A stretch of 63,041 nucleotides of DNA, taken from a virus (Duplodnaviria > Caudoviricetes). The notes beneath the pieces are model-generated. The model had not been told where the DNA came from. It searched no databases and saw only the letters and a list, made by a program, of their open reading frames with translations. The translations under genes and the position numbers were made by a program. Positions 26,270 to 34,669 of this stretch are shown here, piece by piece (within the stretch, counting starts at the first letter, position 1; every line of letters starts with the position of its first letter). Location of the stretch: IMG/VR virus record IMGVR_UViG_3300042509_001342, positions 1-63,041 of that record; one strand, given 5' to 3'.

Positions 26270-27612
26270 ACAACAAGAAGATTGCCACAGCTTCATGGCT
26301 TGCGAAGAAGGCCATGTCGCTGATGAAAAGAGACCCTGAAGAGTACGAGCGGCTGATCACTGGCGGATCGGAGAAGGTGCTGAGCGGAACAGTGGTCAAG
26401 CTGGATTGCAATTCACACAACTCTACCCCCAGTTACTTTGCGATCCGAGTGAAAGGCAAAGAGGAGTACTGCCGCGTGTTTTCCGTGCGGCACAAGGAAA
26501 AGCTGTACAGCTTCTACAGCTTTCACTTCACGGCAACCCAGTATCGAAAGCGGCTGACGGACAAGTACCTGCCGATCACCCTGCCTGAGGGTGTGAAGTG
26601 CAGGACGTATGTCAACTCGCCAGTAACCAAATGCCTGTATCACAACGCTGACGGGTCTTTGGCTATGACTGGTGTGTGGAAAGGCGGCGGTCGGGGCAGG
26701 CCCGGTGTTCCGAGTAGTCACGTTGTTTTGAATGACGAGACCGGGGCGTTTGTTGATGACCGCGAACTGGTTCACAAAGTGATTGCAGGCTGCATGAATC
26801 AGAGCGTTCAGGCCAACTATCAGTTCTTCCATGCCGCCAGCAAAAAGCGTTCGGAATGGCTTCGGTCTTTCGAGTGCATGACCGGCATGTGCGACATGAA
26901 GAAGGTGCTGAAGATTGCGGCAGAGACCTATCGGATGGCGTCGAGGATGTGCGAAAGGCACAAGGGCCTGAGCCTGACGCTGTTCCCCGCTGCCATGGTG
27001 GACAAGTTCAAGGTCGAGAGCCGCCTTCAGTCTGTCCGTGTTTCCGGGATGGGCGGCAGGCAGACGGTGCTGGCCCGGGACGAAAACCACAACCCGACGC
27101 TGTGCTACCTGCCTGAGGTTGTGCTGTCGTGGGATGAACGATTCGTGACTTCCGAGTATGGGTCAGCGTGGGGCGGCATCGTCATGCAGATCGTGCCGCA
27201 CGGCAACGCTTTGCTTGACCCCATTGGCTACGGGTCCCAGTTGTCGAGGCACTACAGAACTCTTGGCGATGTGCCGAGGGGCGAGCCATTGCGTGCGGTC
27301 ACGGATAAGTCGGTGCTTCTGGAGCGGGCATACCACTCGCTGGAAGCCTATGACCCAGCGACACCCATTGAAAATCGAGGGGGCCTGCATCGGTACTGGG
27401 GGTGGGCGGCTTACGGTGAGAAGCACGTTTACAGCGAGGACGAAAACAAGATTGTCTTGTGGCCGAAGCATCGGGACAAGGTTCGCGTCATCGGTTTTGG
27501 GACTGGGTTCGACCAGTTGTTTGAGCAAGAAGACCCGGTTGCGGAGACCCCTGAAAACATCAGCCTTCTGATTGAAGAGAAGCTTCTGATGGGGAGTCTG
27601 CCACTGTGTTGA
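26266..27612 (+). CDS. Hypothetical protein coupled to the VWA gene
   Basis: AAGGAGG RBS and GTGA overlap at 26266. Confidence 0.75.
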   Translation: MNNKKIATASWLAKKAMSLMKRDPEEYERLITGGSEKVLSGTVVKLDCNSHNSTPSYFAIRVKGKEEYCRVFSVRHKEKLYSFYSFHFTATQYRKRLTDKYLPITLPEGVKCRTYVNSPVTKCLYHNADGSLAMTGVWKGGGRGRPGVPSSHVVLNDETGAFVDDRELVHKVIAGCMNQSVQANYQFFHAASKKRSEWLRSFECMTGMCDMKKVLKIAAETYRMASRMCERHKGLSLTLFPAAMVDKFKVESRLQSVRVSGMGGRQTVLARDENHNPTLCYLPEVVLSWDERFVTSEYGSAWGGIVMQIVPHGNALLDPIGYGSQLSRHYRTLGDVPRGEPLRAVTDKSVLLERAYHSLEAYDPATPIENRGGLHRYWGWAAYGEKHVYSEDENKIVLWPKHRDKVRVIGFGTGFDQLFEQEDPVAETPENISLLIEEKLLMGSLPLC

Positions 27613-27884
27613 ACCAAGCACTGCCTTACCTCAGTGCTGCGGTGGCACTGGGGTTTATTTACTACTGGCTTGTGACCATGGAACCAGCATTGGTTTCACG
27701 GAAGACATACAAGCAACGGACTGCGGTGGTTGCAGCGTATGCAACTTTCGTGGTGCTGACCAGAAATGGCGGCTTCAATTATTTCCAGTTGGCTGCGGAG
27801 TGCCTTGCGTTATTGCACATCTTCAGCCTTGTGACGGCGTTTCTCTATGGGGATGCAATGCACAACATGAAAGACAACTGCTGA
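27606..27884 (+). CDS. Small membrane protein (about 3 TM)
   Basis: Three hydrophobic segments. Confidence 0.6.
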   Translation: MLNQALPYLSAAVALGFIYYWLVTMEPALVSRKTYKQRTAVVAAYATFVVLTRNGGFNYFQLAAECLALLHIFSLVTAFLYGDAMHNMKDNC

Positions 27885-28138
27885 TGGAAGAACGAGCGAT
27901 ACCTCTGAACGTCTACGGGTACATGGTTGTTTACCGGCAGCAAGCCGGTGGCAAATGGACCGTTGACACTGACGATGAGTACCTGAACCTGCCCGCCCAC
28001 TACCTATCAGTGGACGAAGCACTGGATCGGGTTGAGTACCTGCGGAAGAAGGGCATTGAATCTCGTGTCGCTGCGTTGGTGGCCGAGAGTACGGACACAG
28101 CCGAAGAGTTTGAGGAGAACAAAGCCGATGGCCAGTAA
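27884..28138 (+). CDS. Acidic hypothetical protein
   Basis: TGATG overlap start. Confidence 0.65.
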   Translation: MEERAIPLNVYGYMVVYRQQAGGKWTVDTDDEYLNLPAHYLSVDEALDRVEYLRKKGIESRVAALVAESTDTAEEFEENKADGQ

Positions 28139-28484
28139 GACGAAGATGCCGATTGAGCAGTTCATTCCCCTTTATCTCGCCGCCCACAAGGCTGGCCTGA
28201 CCAAGGAGGAATTCGCAAAGAAGATCGGGGTGTCTCCGATCACGGTGTACCAGCGGGTGTACGAACTGAACCGCGAGGGCCTCGGCCTTCCGATCTTGGG
28301 TGCCAAGCCCAAGATGAGCCTGATCGACCGTGCCAAGGCGGCAATGCAGGCTGCGGGAACCAGCACCGCTGAGCCCAAGGGCAAGGCCAAGGCTGCGGCC
28401 AAGGTTGTCGAGCCCAAGGTCGAGGTCGAGGAAGCGGACGAGGTCGAGCCGCAGGACGAACTGGAACAGCTTCTGAACGGGTGA
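28128..28484 (+). CDS. HTH DNA-binding protein
   Basis: LTKEEFAKKIGVSPITVYQRV helix-turn-helix. Confidence 0.75.
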   Translation: MASKTKMPIEQFIPLYLAAHKAGLTKEEFAKKIGVSPITVYQRVYELNREGLGLPILGAKPKMSLIDRAKAAMQAAGTSTAEPKGKAKAAAKVVEPKVEVEEADEVEPQDELEQLLNG

Positions 28485-28489
28485 TCTTT

Positions 28490-28532
28490 ACCCCGGAGCA
28501 GAGGAGCATCCTCTGCTCCGGGGTTTCTCTTA
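28490..28532 (+). terminator. Long perfect hairpin, probable terminator
   Basis: accccggagcagagga-gca-tcctctgctccggggt + T-rich tail. Confidence 0.75.
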
Positions 28533-28547
28533 CTTGAAGGGATTCAA

Positions 28548-28868
28548 ATGAGGTTTGTTATTTGTCTTTTGTCTTTGATTGTATGCGGCCAGTGTTTCGC
28601 TGAACCGTCCTGCCGTAACGGCCAGTGCGGCGTGATCTCCAAGTTGGAGACTGCGACCGCTCAAGGTGTGGCCAATCTGATGGCAAGGCTCCGAAGGATG
28701 GGTCATTACGGTGGCAACAGCGGGTACGAGGGGGTGGGCGTTGGCTCGACTCCCCAGCAGGCTCTTCGCAACTGCTGCTATTCCAACAGTGGGATGGCAG
28801 TTGTTGATGAGGGCGTGGCCCGTGGTTCGGACGGTCGGTGGTATGCGTGTCGCAGGTACTCTCGGTAA
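28548..28868 (+). CDS. Secreted Cys-rich minimal CAP-like protein
   Basis: Signal peptide; MGH..YEGVG...GVARG.DGRWYAC resembles a reduced CAP fold. Confidence 0.6.
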   Translation: MRFVICLLSLIVCGQCFAEPSCRNGQCGVISKLETATAQGVANLMARLRRMGHYGGNSGYEGVGVGSTPQQALRNCCYSNSGMAVVDEGVARGSDGRWYACRRYSR

Positions 28869-28882
28869 CCAAGGAGGGCTCT

Positions 28883-29272
28883 ATGCCTATCGTGTTTTCT
28901 CCGGTCAAAGCTCGCCGCCAAGAAGGCAAGTTTGACCTGACGGTTTCTCCCCGGGGCTATCGCTCCGGTTCACTTGCCATGGAGTTTTCATTCTCCACGG
29001 GAGTGCAGGATCGGGTTCGGTACGTTGACGGTGATCGGGTTGTGGTTGTGTTCGATGAGACCCAAAAGACGCTTGTCGTGGAGCGGGTGGGTGCCGACAC
29101 CCCCGGCTACAAGGTGTGTGTCAAGAAGCTGCAGCATGGCCGTGAGGCTGTGAGGGTGCGGGTTGGCTGCACCAAGCAGCACTGGGTTCAGGTTCTCGGT
29201 GAGTCTCGTAGCAAGAAGTACGAACTCTTCGAGATCAACGGCAACAAGGTCACGTTCATGGAATCTGCTTGA
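28883..29272 (+). CDS. Hypothetical protein
   Basis: AAGGAGG RBS before ATG 28883. Confidence 0.75.
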   Translation: MPIVFSPVKARRQEGKFDLTVSPRGYRSGSLAMEFSFSTGVQDRVRYVDGDRVVVVFDETQKTLVVERVGADTPGYKVCVKKLQHGREAVRVRVGCTKQHWVQVLGESRSKKYELFEINGNKVTFMESA

Positions 29273-29277
29273 TCATT

Positions 29278-29323
29278 GGCCAGCCCGGTTCCCGAACACG
29301 GGGCCGGGCTGGCCTTCTTTTTT
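29278..29323 (+). terminator. Intrinsic terminator, long stem
   Basis: ggccagcccggttccc/ggggccgggctggcc + T tract. Confidence 0.85.
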
Positions 29324-29341
29324 CACGGAGCGAATAGATCA

Positions 29342-29668
29342 ATGGATACCCACAAAAACAAATCACCAGAGTGCGATACCCCGAACTGCCTGATCTGCAA
29401 GTTCTGGCCCACAGCCTCAGCCATGTTCCACCCTCAAGCTGCTGAATTCTGGGTGGACAAAGAGACCGCTGAGGTTTTCGTGGCCACCGGACTCAAGGCT
29501 CTGTCCACCGGGGAGGTAGTGGAGATGGAGGAGCGGCTGTTCACCTACGTCAAGGCTGTCTGCGACTGCGGTAACGAAGCCGTCATGCGGGCCGACATCC
29601 TGACAAATGGATATTCGGATCGCTGCCCTGTGTGTGCCGCCCTGTCTGCCGAAGCCGCCTCAAACTGA
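29342..29668 (+). CDS. Cys-rich hypothetical protein
   Basis: CDCG...CPVC and N-terminal Cys cluster. Confidence 0.65.
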   Translation: MDTHKNKSPECDTPNCLICKFWPTASAMFHPQAAEFWVDKETAEVFVATGLKALSTGEVVEMEERLFTYVKAVCDCGNEAVMRADILTNGYSDRCPVCAALSAEAASN

Positions 29669-29676
29669 GAGAACCA

Positions 29677-29910
29677 ATGACAACCAAGAACAAAGTACTG
29701 ACGCCAACTCAAGAAGACATCCTCGGGTTCATCGCATCCACCATCTACAAGTCTGGGTACCAGCCATCGTATCGGGAGATATGCAAGAAGTTTGGCTTTC
29801 GATCACCGGCTGCTGTCACCAATCACCTGAAGGCTTGCGAGAAGAAGGGGGCCTGCAAGCGACGGCCCGGGTGTAGGTCCTTGGAGTTTTCGTGGAGGGA
29901 ATACCTATGA
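29677..29910 (+). CDS. LexA-type DNA-binding domain protein (no peptidase domain)
   Basis: LTPTQEDILGFI...GYQPSYREICKKFGFRSPAAVTNHLKACEKKG...RSL. Confidence 0.88.
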   Translation: MTTKNKVLTPTQEDILGFIASTIYKSGYQPSYREICKKFGFRSPAAVTNHLKACEKKGACKRRPGCRSLEFSWREYL

Positions 29911-30101
29911 GCAAGCCAGCGTGGACTGAGAAAGTCGAGCAAGGAATGTGGATCATCGTGGCCCGCTCTGCCACTGTGATGGCAGCGGAATCGGAGAGCA
30001 ACTTCTTGGACAAGGAGACCAAGGAGAAGGTGCTGGCTGCGGTTCGTTACGCCGAACACCACTGGCAGAAAGACCGGGAAGCAAAAGAAAGGAACGAGTG
30101 A
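29907..30101 (+). CDS. Small hypothetical protein
   Basis: ATGA overlap; GGAGG RBS. Confidence 0.6.
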   Translation: MSKPAWTEKVEQGMWIIVARSATVMAAESESNFLDKETKEKVLAAVRYAEHHWQKDREAKERNE

Positions 30102-30103
30102 CC

Positions 30104-30421
30104 ATGAAAAGAAAGCTGGTTGACCAGACGTTCTTTGAACGCCACTGTTCGCTTATGAACCTCGGGTACGTTCCGTTTTTTGAGGAGTCCAACAGGTTTT
30201 CCGCTGGGCCCTTTAGCCTTCGCGGAAGGTCTTACTACCTCAGGAGGCGCGTTTGCCCCAAAGAGCATTCATTGTGGAATACGACCATCGTTTGTTTCTA
30301 TGACTTGCCGCCGGGGTCCCATCCTTGTGTTCTGACAATGCTCAAGGCGGCAAATCACTTTGCCATGATCAAGGCTCGTCAACTTGTTGAACTCACCAAA
30401 GTCTTTGATGTTTGTTCTTAG
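30104..30421 (+). CDS. Hypothetical protein
   Basis: Co-oriented ORF filling the gap. Confidence 0.55.
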   Translation: MKRKLVDQTFFERHCSLMNLGYVPFFEESNRFSAGPFSLRGRSYYLRRRVCPKEHSLWNTTIVCFYDLPPGSHPCVLTMLKAANHFAMIKARQLVELTKVFDVCS

Positions 30422-30430
30422 GAGGACACC

Positions 30431-31276
30431 ATGCCAAAAGCTTACGGGTACTGCCGTGCCAGCACTGGAAGGCAGGACCTCACCTTTGACGTACAGAAAG
30501 CTGCCATCGAAAGATACTACGAGGGCAAGCTGAAACAGGAGGGGTTTGAGTGGGGCGGGGCCTATGAAGACAAGGATGTTTCAGGGGCCCAGCCATTCAC
30601 TGAGCGGCCGAAGGGCAGAGAGCTGTTTGTTCTGGCTCAGCCGGGGGATGCGATTATCTGGCACAAAATGGACAGGGCTTTCCGAAGCGTGATGGACGGT
30701 GCCAATACCTTCAACCTGCTCAAGACCAAGGGCATTGCAGTTCACTCGCTCGACATTCAGTTGGACACAAGCACGGCCATGGGTTCTTTCGTGTGCCACT
30801 TGATGATGCTGCTCGGGGAACTGGAAAGATCGTGGATCAGCACCCGTACAAGGGAGGCACTGGAGGCACGGAAAGCACGGGGTCTGCCGCCGTCTTGTTC
30901 GCTGCCGCCCGGATGGAAGTCGATTGGCGTCGGGAAAGAAAGGCACCTTGTCCCTGACATAAGGGAACGCCAGATCATTGAGATGGTCCGTGCCAAGTTT
31001 TTATCCGGCATGACGCTGGAGAAAATCTCAAACGAGCTTTACTTCAAGAAGATCAAGCGGATTCGCAATAGCCCCACGAAAAGAAAGGCGACTTCGGAGT
31101 ACGACCGCCAGTTCCTAGAGTTCTCCCTGATGGCAAGGGCAGAAGGGTATCCAGTGACCGCGTCCATAATGGCGTGGAAAAAAACTATTGGCAAAGTCAA
31201 ACTGACCAAGCCATTCAGGGTGAGGCTGCTGGAAATGGAAGAGCAACACGCTCAAGCAAGCGGTTCATCTTCGTAA
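30431..31276 (+). CDS. Serine recombinase (resolvase/invertase family with C-terminal extension)
   Basis: YGYCRAST, QKAAI, DVSG, ERP, KMDRAFRS, ELERSWISTRT. Confidence 0.93.
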   Translation: MPKAYGYCRASTGRQDLTFDVQKAAIERYYEGKLKQEGFEWGGAYEDKDVSGAQPFTERPKGRELFVLAQPGDAIIWHKMDRAFRSVMDGANTFNLLKTKGIAVHSLDIQLDTSTAMGSFVCHLMMLLGELERSWISTRTREALEARKARGLPPSCSLPPGWKSIGVGKERHLVPDIRERQIIEMVRAKFLSGMTLEKISNELYFKKIKRIRNSPTKRKATSEYDRQFLEFSLMARAEGYPVTASIMAWKKTIGKVKLTKPFRVRLLEMEEQHAQASGSSS

Positions 31277-31773
31277 GCCTGACGAAGGCGGTCCAGATGG
31301 GACATCAGCTTCCGCTTTGCAGTCTTGGGGGCACAGCCTGCGTCCCTGCCCAAGGCATTGAAGCTGGTTTCCTCAAAGACAAAACGCTCAATCCACTCCC
31401 GCTCTTGTTCTGTCAGCCGCATGAGGCTGCTGATGGCGGCATCCGGGGGCTGGCTCTTGGGCTTTTGTCTTTGCTGGGCCTGCGACAGGGATAGCCTGAG
31501 GACACTGTGGGCCTGCGTCTTCAGTTCGTTCTGAACTTCTCGGAGCATCCCGTTCTTTATGGCCACCGAGAAGTAGGCACTGAGGTTCTTTGACCGGCCG
31601 GGATCGTAGGTCTTGGCCGCTTTGCAGCAGGCCATGTAGGCAGCGGACTCCAAGTCACAGCTTGCGGCCACAGACCTGAGGCAGGGCATGGTTTGCATGA
31701 ACACGTTGATGCAAACCGGCACCAGCTTAATAGCTTCCTCGACCAGCTTTTGCTGATCTGCATTGAGCATCAC
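31252..31773 (-). CDS. Sigma-70-family RNA polymerase sigma factor (regions 2 and 4)
   Basis: DLESAAYMACCKAAKTYDP...SAY...IKN (region 2); LTEQERE...SFNALGR HTH (region 4). Confidence 0.8.
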   Translation of the reverse strand: MMLNADQQKLVEEAIKLVPVCINVFMQTMPCLRSVAASCDLESAAYMACCKAAKTYDPGRSKNLSAYFSVAIKNGMLREVQNELKTQAHSVLRLSLSQAQQRQKPKSQPPDAAISSLMRLTEQEREWIERFVFEETSFNALGRDAGCAPKTAKRKLMSHLDRLRQAYEDEPLA

Positions 31774-31991
31774 CGATCTCCATATCGGAAGTAGTAGTCG
31801 CTCCTAATGACACGCCTGCAGGCAGCTTCGTGGCAGCTTCGGCATCTCCATTGCCCGTCCACTATGCCAAACGTGTCAGTGTAGTATTCCCCGGGTGCCT
31901 CGCACTCGTAGCAGGGGAGAGGCTGTCCGATCTTCTTGGTCGGCTTTCTTGGCCTCCCTCTTTTCTTTTGTCCTAGGTTAGGGCTCGTCAT
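31770..31991 (-). CDS. Small zinc-finger protein with AT-hook-like motif
   Basis: KKRGRPRK; CYEC...CRSC. Confidence 0.6.
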   Translation of the reverse strand: MTSPNLGQKKRGRPRKPTKKIGQPLPCYECEAPGEYYTDTFGIVDGQWRCRSCHEAACRRVIRSDYYFRYGDR

Positions 31992-32316
31992 AAAATTCGG
32001 GCCCCGGTTTTTTCCGCTTCAGCTTCTGGCAATGTTCCAGAATTTTTTCACGCGCGCGGGAGGAATCTACCCCAATAGCCTCGCAGCATTCATCGAACTG
32101 GATTTGGCCGATGCCACCCTCTATCCAGCGACGGGCCTGAGTTCTTTGGTAGATGCCTTCTTTGTCATTGCCCCCGGTGTGGCCCCCTTTGACGTAGGCC
32201 GCTCGGTGGTAAAGGTTTGTGTCTGCTGCCAGACGTTTGACGGTCTGGAGCAGCATCCCTGCGCAGAGAGCCCGCCAGCCGCCTTCCAAGATGTCTGCTT
32301 CTATACTTCCTGACAC
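31978..32316 (-). CDS. Hypothetical phage protein
   Basis: ARRWI...FDECCEAIGVD motif; GTG start with GGAG upstream. Confidence 0.65.
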   Translation of the reverse strand: MSGSIEADILEGGWRALCAGMLLQTVKRLAADTNLYHRAAYVKGGHTGGNDKEGIYQRTQARRWIEGGIGQIQFDECCEAIGVDSSRAREKILEHCQKLKRKKPGPEFYDEP

Positions 32317-32591
32317 TTGTTTTGCTCCAGAAAATGGATGGCCATGGCGAGATTGCACATTGCATGGGCCAGATGTTCCTCTGCCGTGTCACCTTCCATA
32401 AACTTTGCCATGTGATTGAAGGCGTGGTTTATGCAGTGATCAACGGGCATTCCCTTGGTCCAGTTCTTTTCTCCATGGCGGGTTGCCCCTCTTGCCATGG
32501 TTCTTGCCATGGCCCTTAGCCCCGCCATTGGGATCAGGTCGAATCTTTCGGTGACTCTTCCTCGGGTAGCTCCCGAAGGGTACTGCTCAAT
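32301..32591 (-). CDS. dATP/dGTP diphosphohydrolase-like (DUF5664) protein; start uncertain
   Basis: SGATR..RFDLIP...GATRHGEKNWTKGM...HLAHAMCNL. Confidence 0.82.
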   Translation of the reverse strand: MEQYPSGATRGRVTERFDLIPMAGLRAMARTMARGATRHGEKNWTKGMPVDHCINHAFNHMAKFMEGDTAEEHLAHAMCNLAMAIHFLEQNKCQEV

Positions 32592-32920
32592 GCTTTCTCC
32601 ATCAGGGCCACGAACGACCTGACATCCTCCAGCCGTACCGTCACCAGCCAGCCCGTTCGATCCTTTCGGTGGAAGACTGCGGGCGTCATGCCACCAGCCT
32701 GCTCCACTGCTGTGGCCATTGCTTTGTGCAGGTTGAGGTTCTGCACCAGCTTCGACTCTATGAACAGGTTGGGGGCCTGCACTGCTATCAGATCGGAGTC
32801 CCCAGCATCCCCGCAGTATTGAACCGAACGACGAACGTCCCACTGAAACACCTCCCTTAATTTTTGGCACAGTTCCAACTCTCCACGCTTTCCCTTCTGC
32901 CGAGAATTACAGGCCATCAC
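32534..32920 (-). CDS. Holliday junction resolvase-like PD-(D/E)XK nuclease
   Basis: NSRQKGKRGELE...SDL...IESK...PAVFHRK..WLVT. Confidence 0.82.
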   Translation of the reverse strand: MMACNSRQKGKRGELELCQKLREVFQWDVRRSVQYCGDAGDSDLIAVQAPNLFIESKLVQNLNLHKAMATAVEQAGGMTPAVFHRKDRTGWLVTVRLEDVRSFVALMEKALSSTLRELPEEESPKDST

Positions 32921-33360
32921 TTACCTCCTTGCTGGTCTTTGACGATCTCCGCGTTTGCTGCCGCCTGATATGCAGCCGAAGCTGCCTCCGGTGTGCTGAA
33001 TCGTCCGAGATACTTTCCGCAGCACTGGGCCCTGTACGGATTTGTTGAAAGGTGCTTGTCGTAATACACCCCCCTCGGCATTCCGTTTTTGGATGACGCC
33101 TTCCTGTTGATGTTGTTGACTCTGAACGTCGCCGCACGGAGGTTCGACATCCTGTTGTCTGTCTTGATTCTGTTGATGTGGTCCACCATCTTTGGGTACT
33201 CGCCGTTCTTGAGCTTCCACAAAAACCTGTGAAGCAGAACTTGCTTGCGGTTGATGGTGGCGTGGATGTACCCATTGCCGCTGCCTGCCCAAGAATGAGC
33301 CATGACCTCGGCCGCAAACTCTTCGTCAAAAAAGAACAGGGGTTTACCTGAACTTTTCAT
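32917..33360 (-). CDS. HNH homing endonuclease with AP2-like domain
   Basis: LHRF...VDHINRIKTDNRMSNLR; GV...YLGRFSTPEAASAAY. Confidence 0.9.
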   Translation of the reverse strand: MKSSGKPLFFFDEEFAAEVMAHSWAGSGNGYIHATINRKQVLLHRFLWKLKNGEYPKMVDHINRIKTDNRMSNLRAATFRVNNINRKASSKNGMPRGVYYDKHLSTNPYRAQCCGKYLGRFSTPEAASAAYQAAANAEIVKDQQGGK

Positions 33361-33733
33361 TGCGTTCCCTTTCTTCGATGGCCCACTCGGGGAGAGGGGT
33401 CGGGTCTTCCTTCAGTCCAACTCTGCCGAGAAGCCACGCAAGGAAAGAGAGGTCGAGCATCTCTTCGCCGTCCTCTTCTTTCTTGGCGAACAGAATGTTG
33501 CCAAGCGTGAGATTCTTTTTGCCGCCAGCATGAAAGCCTTCATGGCAGTCGCGGCACAGCAGGCAAAGATTTCTGTGGTCGTGGGCGTCCATGCCTCGAC
33601 GCCTGCCCACAATATGATGAAGCTCCATCCGTCTGCCGGGCCTGTATTTTGGCCATCGGCAAACACAGCAGCGTTCGCAGAGTTGAACGTAAGCTTCTAG
33701 CTGTCTGCGGATGCGATCCAGTTTTTTGCTCAT
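33344..33733 (-). CDS. HNH-type nuclease
   Basis: CCVC...ELHHIV...NLCLLCRDCHEGFH. Confidence 0.75.
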   Translation of the reverse strand: MSKKLDRIRRQLEAYVQLCERCCVCRWPKYRPGRRMELHHIVGRRRGMDAHDHRNLCLLCRDCHEGFHAGGKKNLTLGNILFAKKEEDGEEMLDLSFLAWLLGRVGLKEDPTPLPEWAIEERERNEKFR

Positions 33734-33788
33734 CTTGCCCTCCGTGTTTTTTCAGAGTAAGGGCAAGGTCAAGAGCAATCTCTGTTCA

Positions 33789-34631
33789 CTACGGCAACCG
33801 TCGAGATTGGTACTCCACGAACTGCTTGAGCCTGACCATGTCGGGGTAGTCCGGGTCTCTTATTTCAATGACCTTCAGCATCTCGCGGACGTACCCTTCA
33901 AGTTCTTTGGCTGACTGGAACGTGTCCTTGCGTCGTGAGCCCCAGCCCATTTGCTTGTGGGCAATGGCACCATGGGTGTACGCACACCACTCGTCACAGA
34001 GATACAAGGGCGAGTCGTTCCACCACCGACGCTGGTCAACCAGATAGAGCTTGTAGATTTTTCCCCGGCGGTTGGCCGGGATTGAATTGGCAACTTGCTC
34101 TATGGTGATCTCGGGGTGGGGCAGCACGATCCCCTTGCCGTCCAGCAGGTAGATGCCGTGCTTGCCCCTCTTGTTCCAGACCTGATTGCTGGCTGCGTGG
34201 GTCAGTTCGTGCGTCCAAGTGACGAGATCAGTCGGGTCACTGTGGTCCTGAAATGCGGACGGGTTTTTGACCCGGCTGACAAGCTCCTTCAGTATTGGCG
34301 GATACTGGCCCTCAGGAGCCTTTCTGATGGGCGGGCACACTCCCGATAGCAGCTTCAGGGAGTCGGCCTCTAGCGGTGCAATAGAGGGCTTTGGCAAGGC
34401 ATCGTTAAAATGAGGAGTCTTATCTTGTGACTTCTCTGATGCTTCTTTGATAGGGGCCTTTACCTGCACTTCAACCCTAGGCGTAGCCGGTGTTTCACGG
34501 ACTACGCTTTCGGGTTTGGGTGCTGGCTTTGGGATGTAGTACTTGGGCTGTGGTCTTGCTGGGGTCAGCAGCCACCATAACAGCATGGCTGCGACGTAAG
34601 CCTGCCCAATCCTGTAGTAGTAGTTTGGCAC
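33789..34631 (-). CDS. Membrane-anchored putative zinc metallopeptidase
   Basis: N-terminal TM, Pro-rich linker, WTHELTH (HExxH) and DEWCAY. Confidence 0.6.
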   Translation of the reverse strand: MPNYYYRIGQAYVAAMLLWWLLTPARPQPKYYIPKPAPKPESVVRETPATPRVEVQVKAPIKEASEKSQDKTPHFNDALPKPSIAPLEADSLKLLSGVCPPIRKAPEGQYPPILKELVSRVKNPSAFQDHSDPTDLVTWTHELTHAASNQVWNKRGKHGIYLLDGKGIVLPHPEITIEQVANSIPANRRGKIYKLYLVDQRRWWNDSPLYLCDEWCAYTHGAIAHKQMGWGSRRKDTFQSAKELEGYVREMLKVIEIRDPDYPDMVRLKQFVEYQSRRLP

Positions 34632-34633
34632 AT

Positions 34634-34650
34634 AACCTTTTATGTGCCCG
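34634..34650 (-). promoter_or_regulatory. Motif A copy (GGGCACATAAAAGGTT)
   Basis: Immediately upstream of the GTG start at 34631. Confidence 0.45.
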
Positions 34651-34669
34651 ACTACCTACAGATGGGGAT

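Noticed and set aside
30431-31276. Invertase-driven tail-fibre switching
   Set aside because: The fibre alleles are in direct orientation, lie far from the recombinase, and show no flanking inverted sites
32301-32591. Z-genome (2-aminoadenine) pathway
   Set aside because: No PurZ, DatZ or DNA polymerase was recognised
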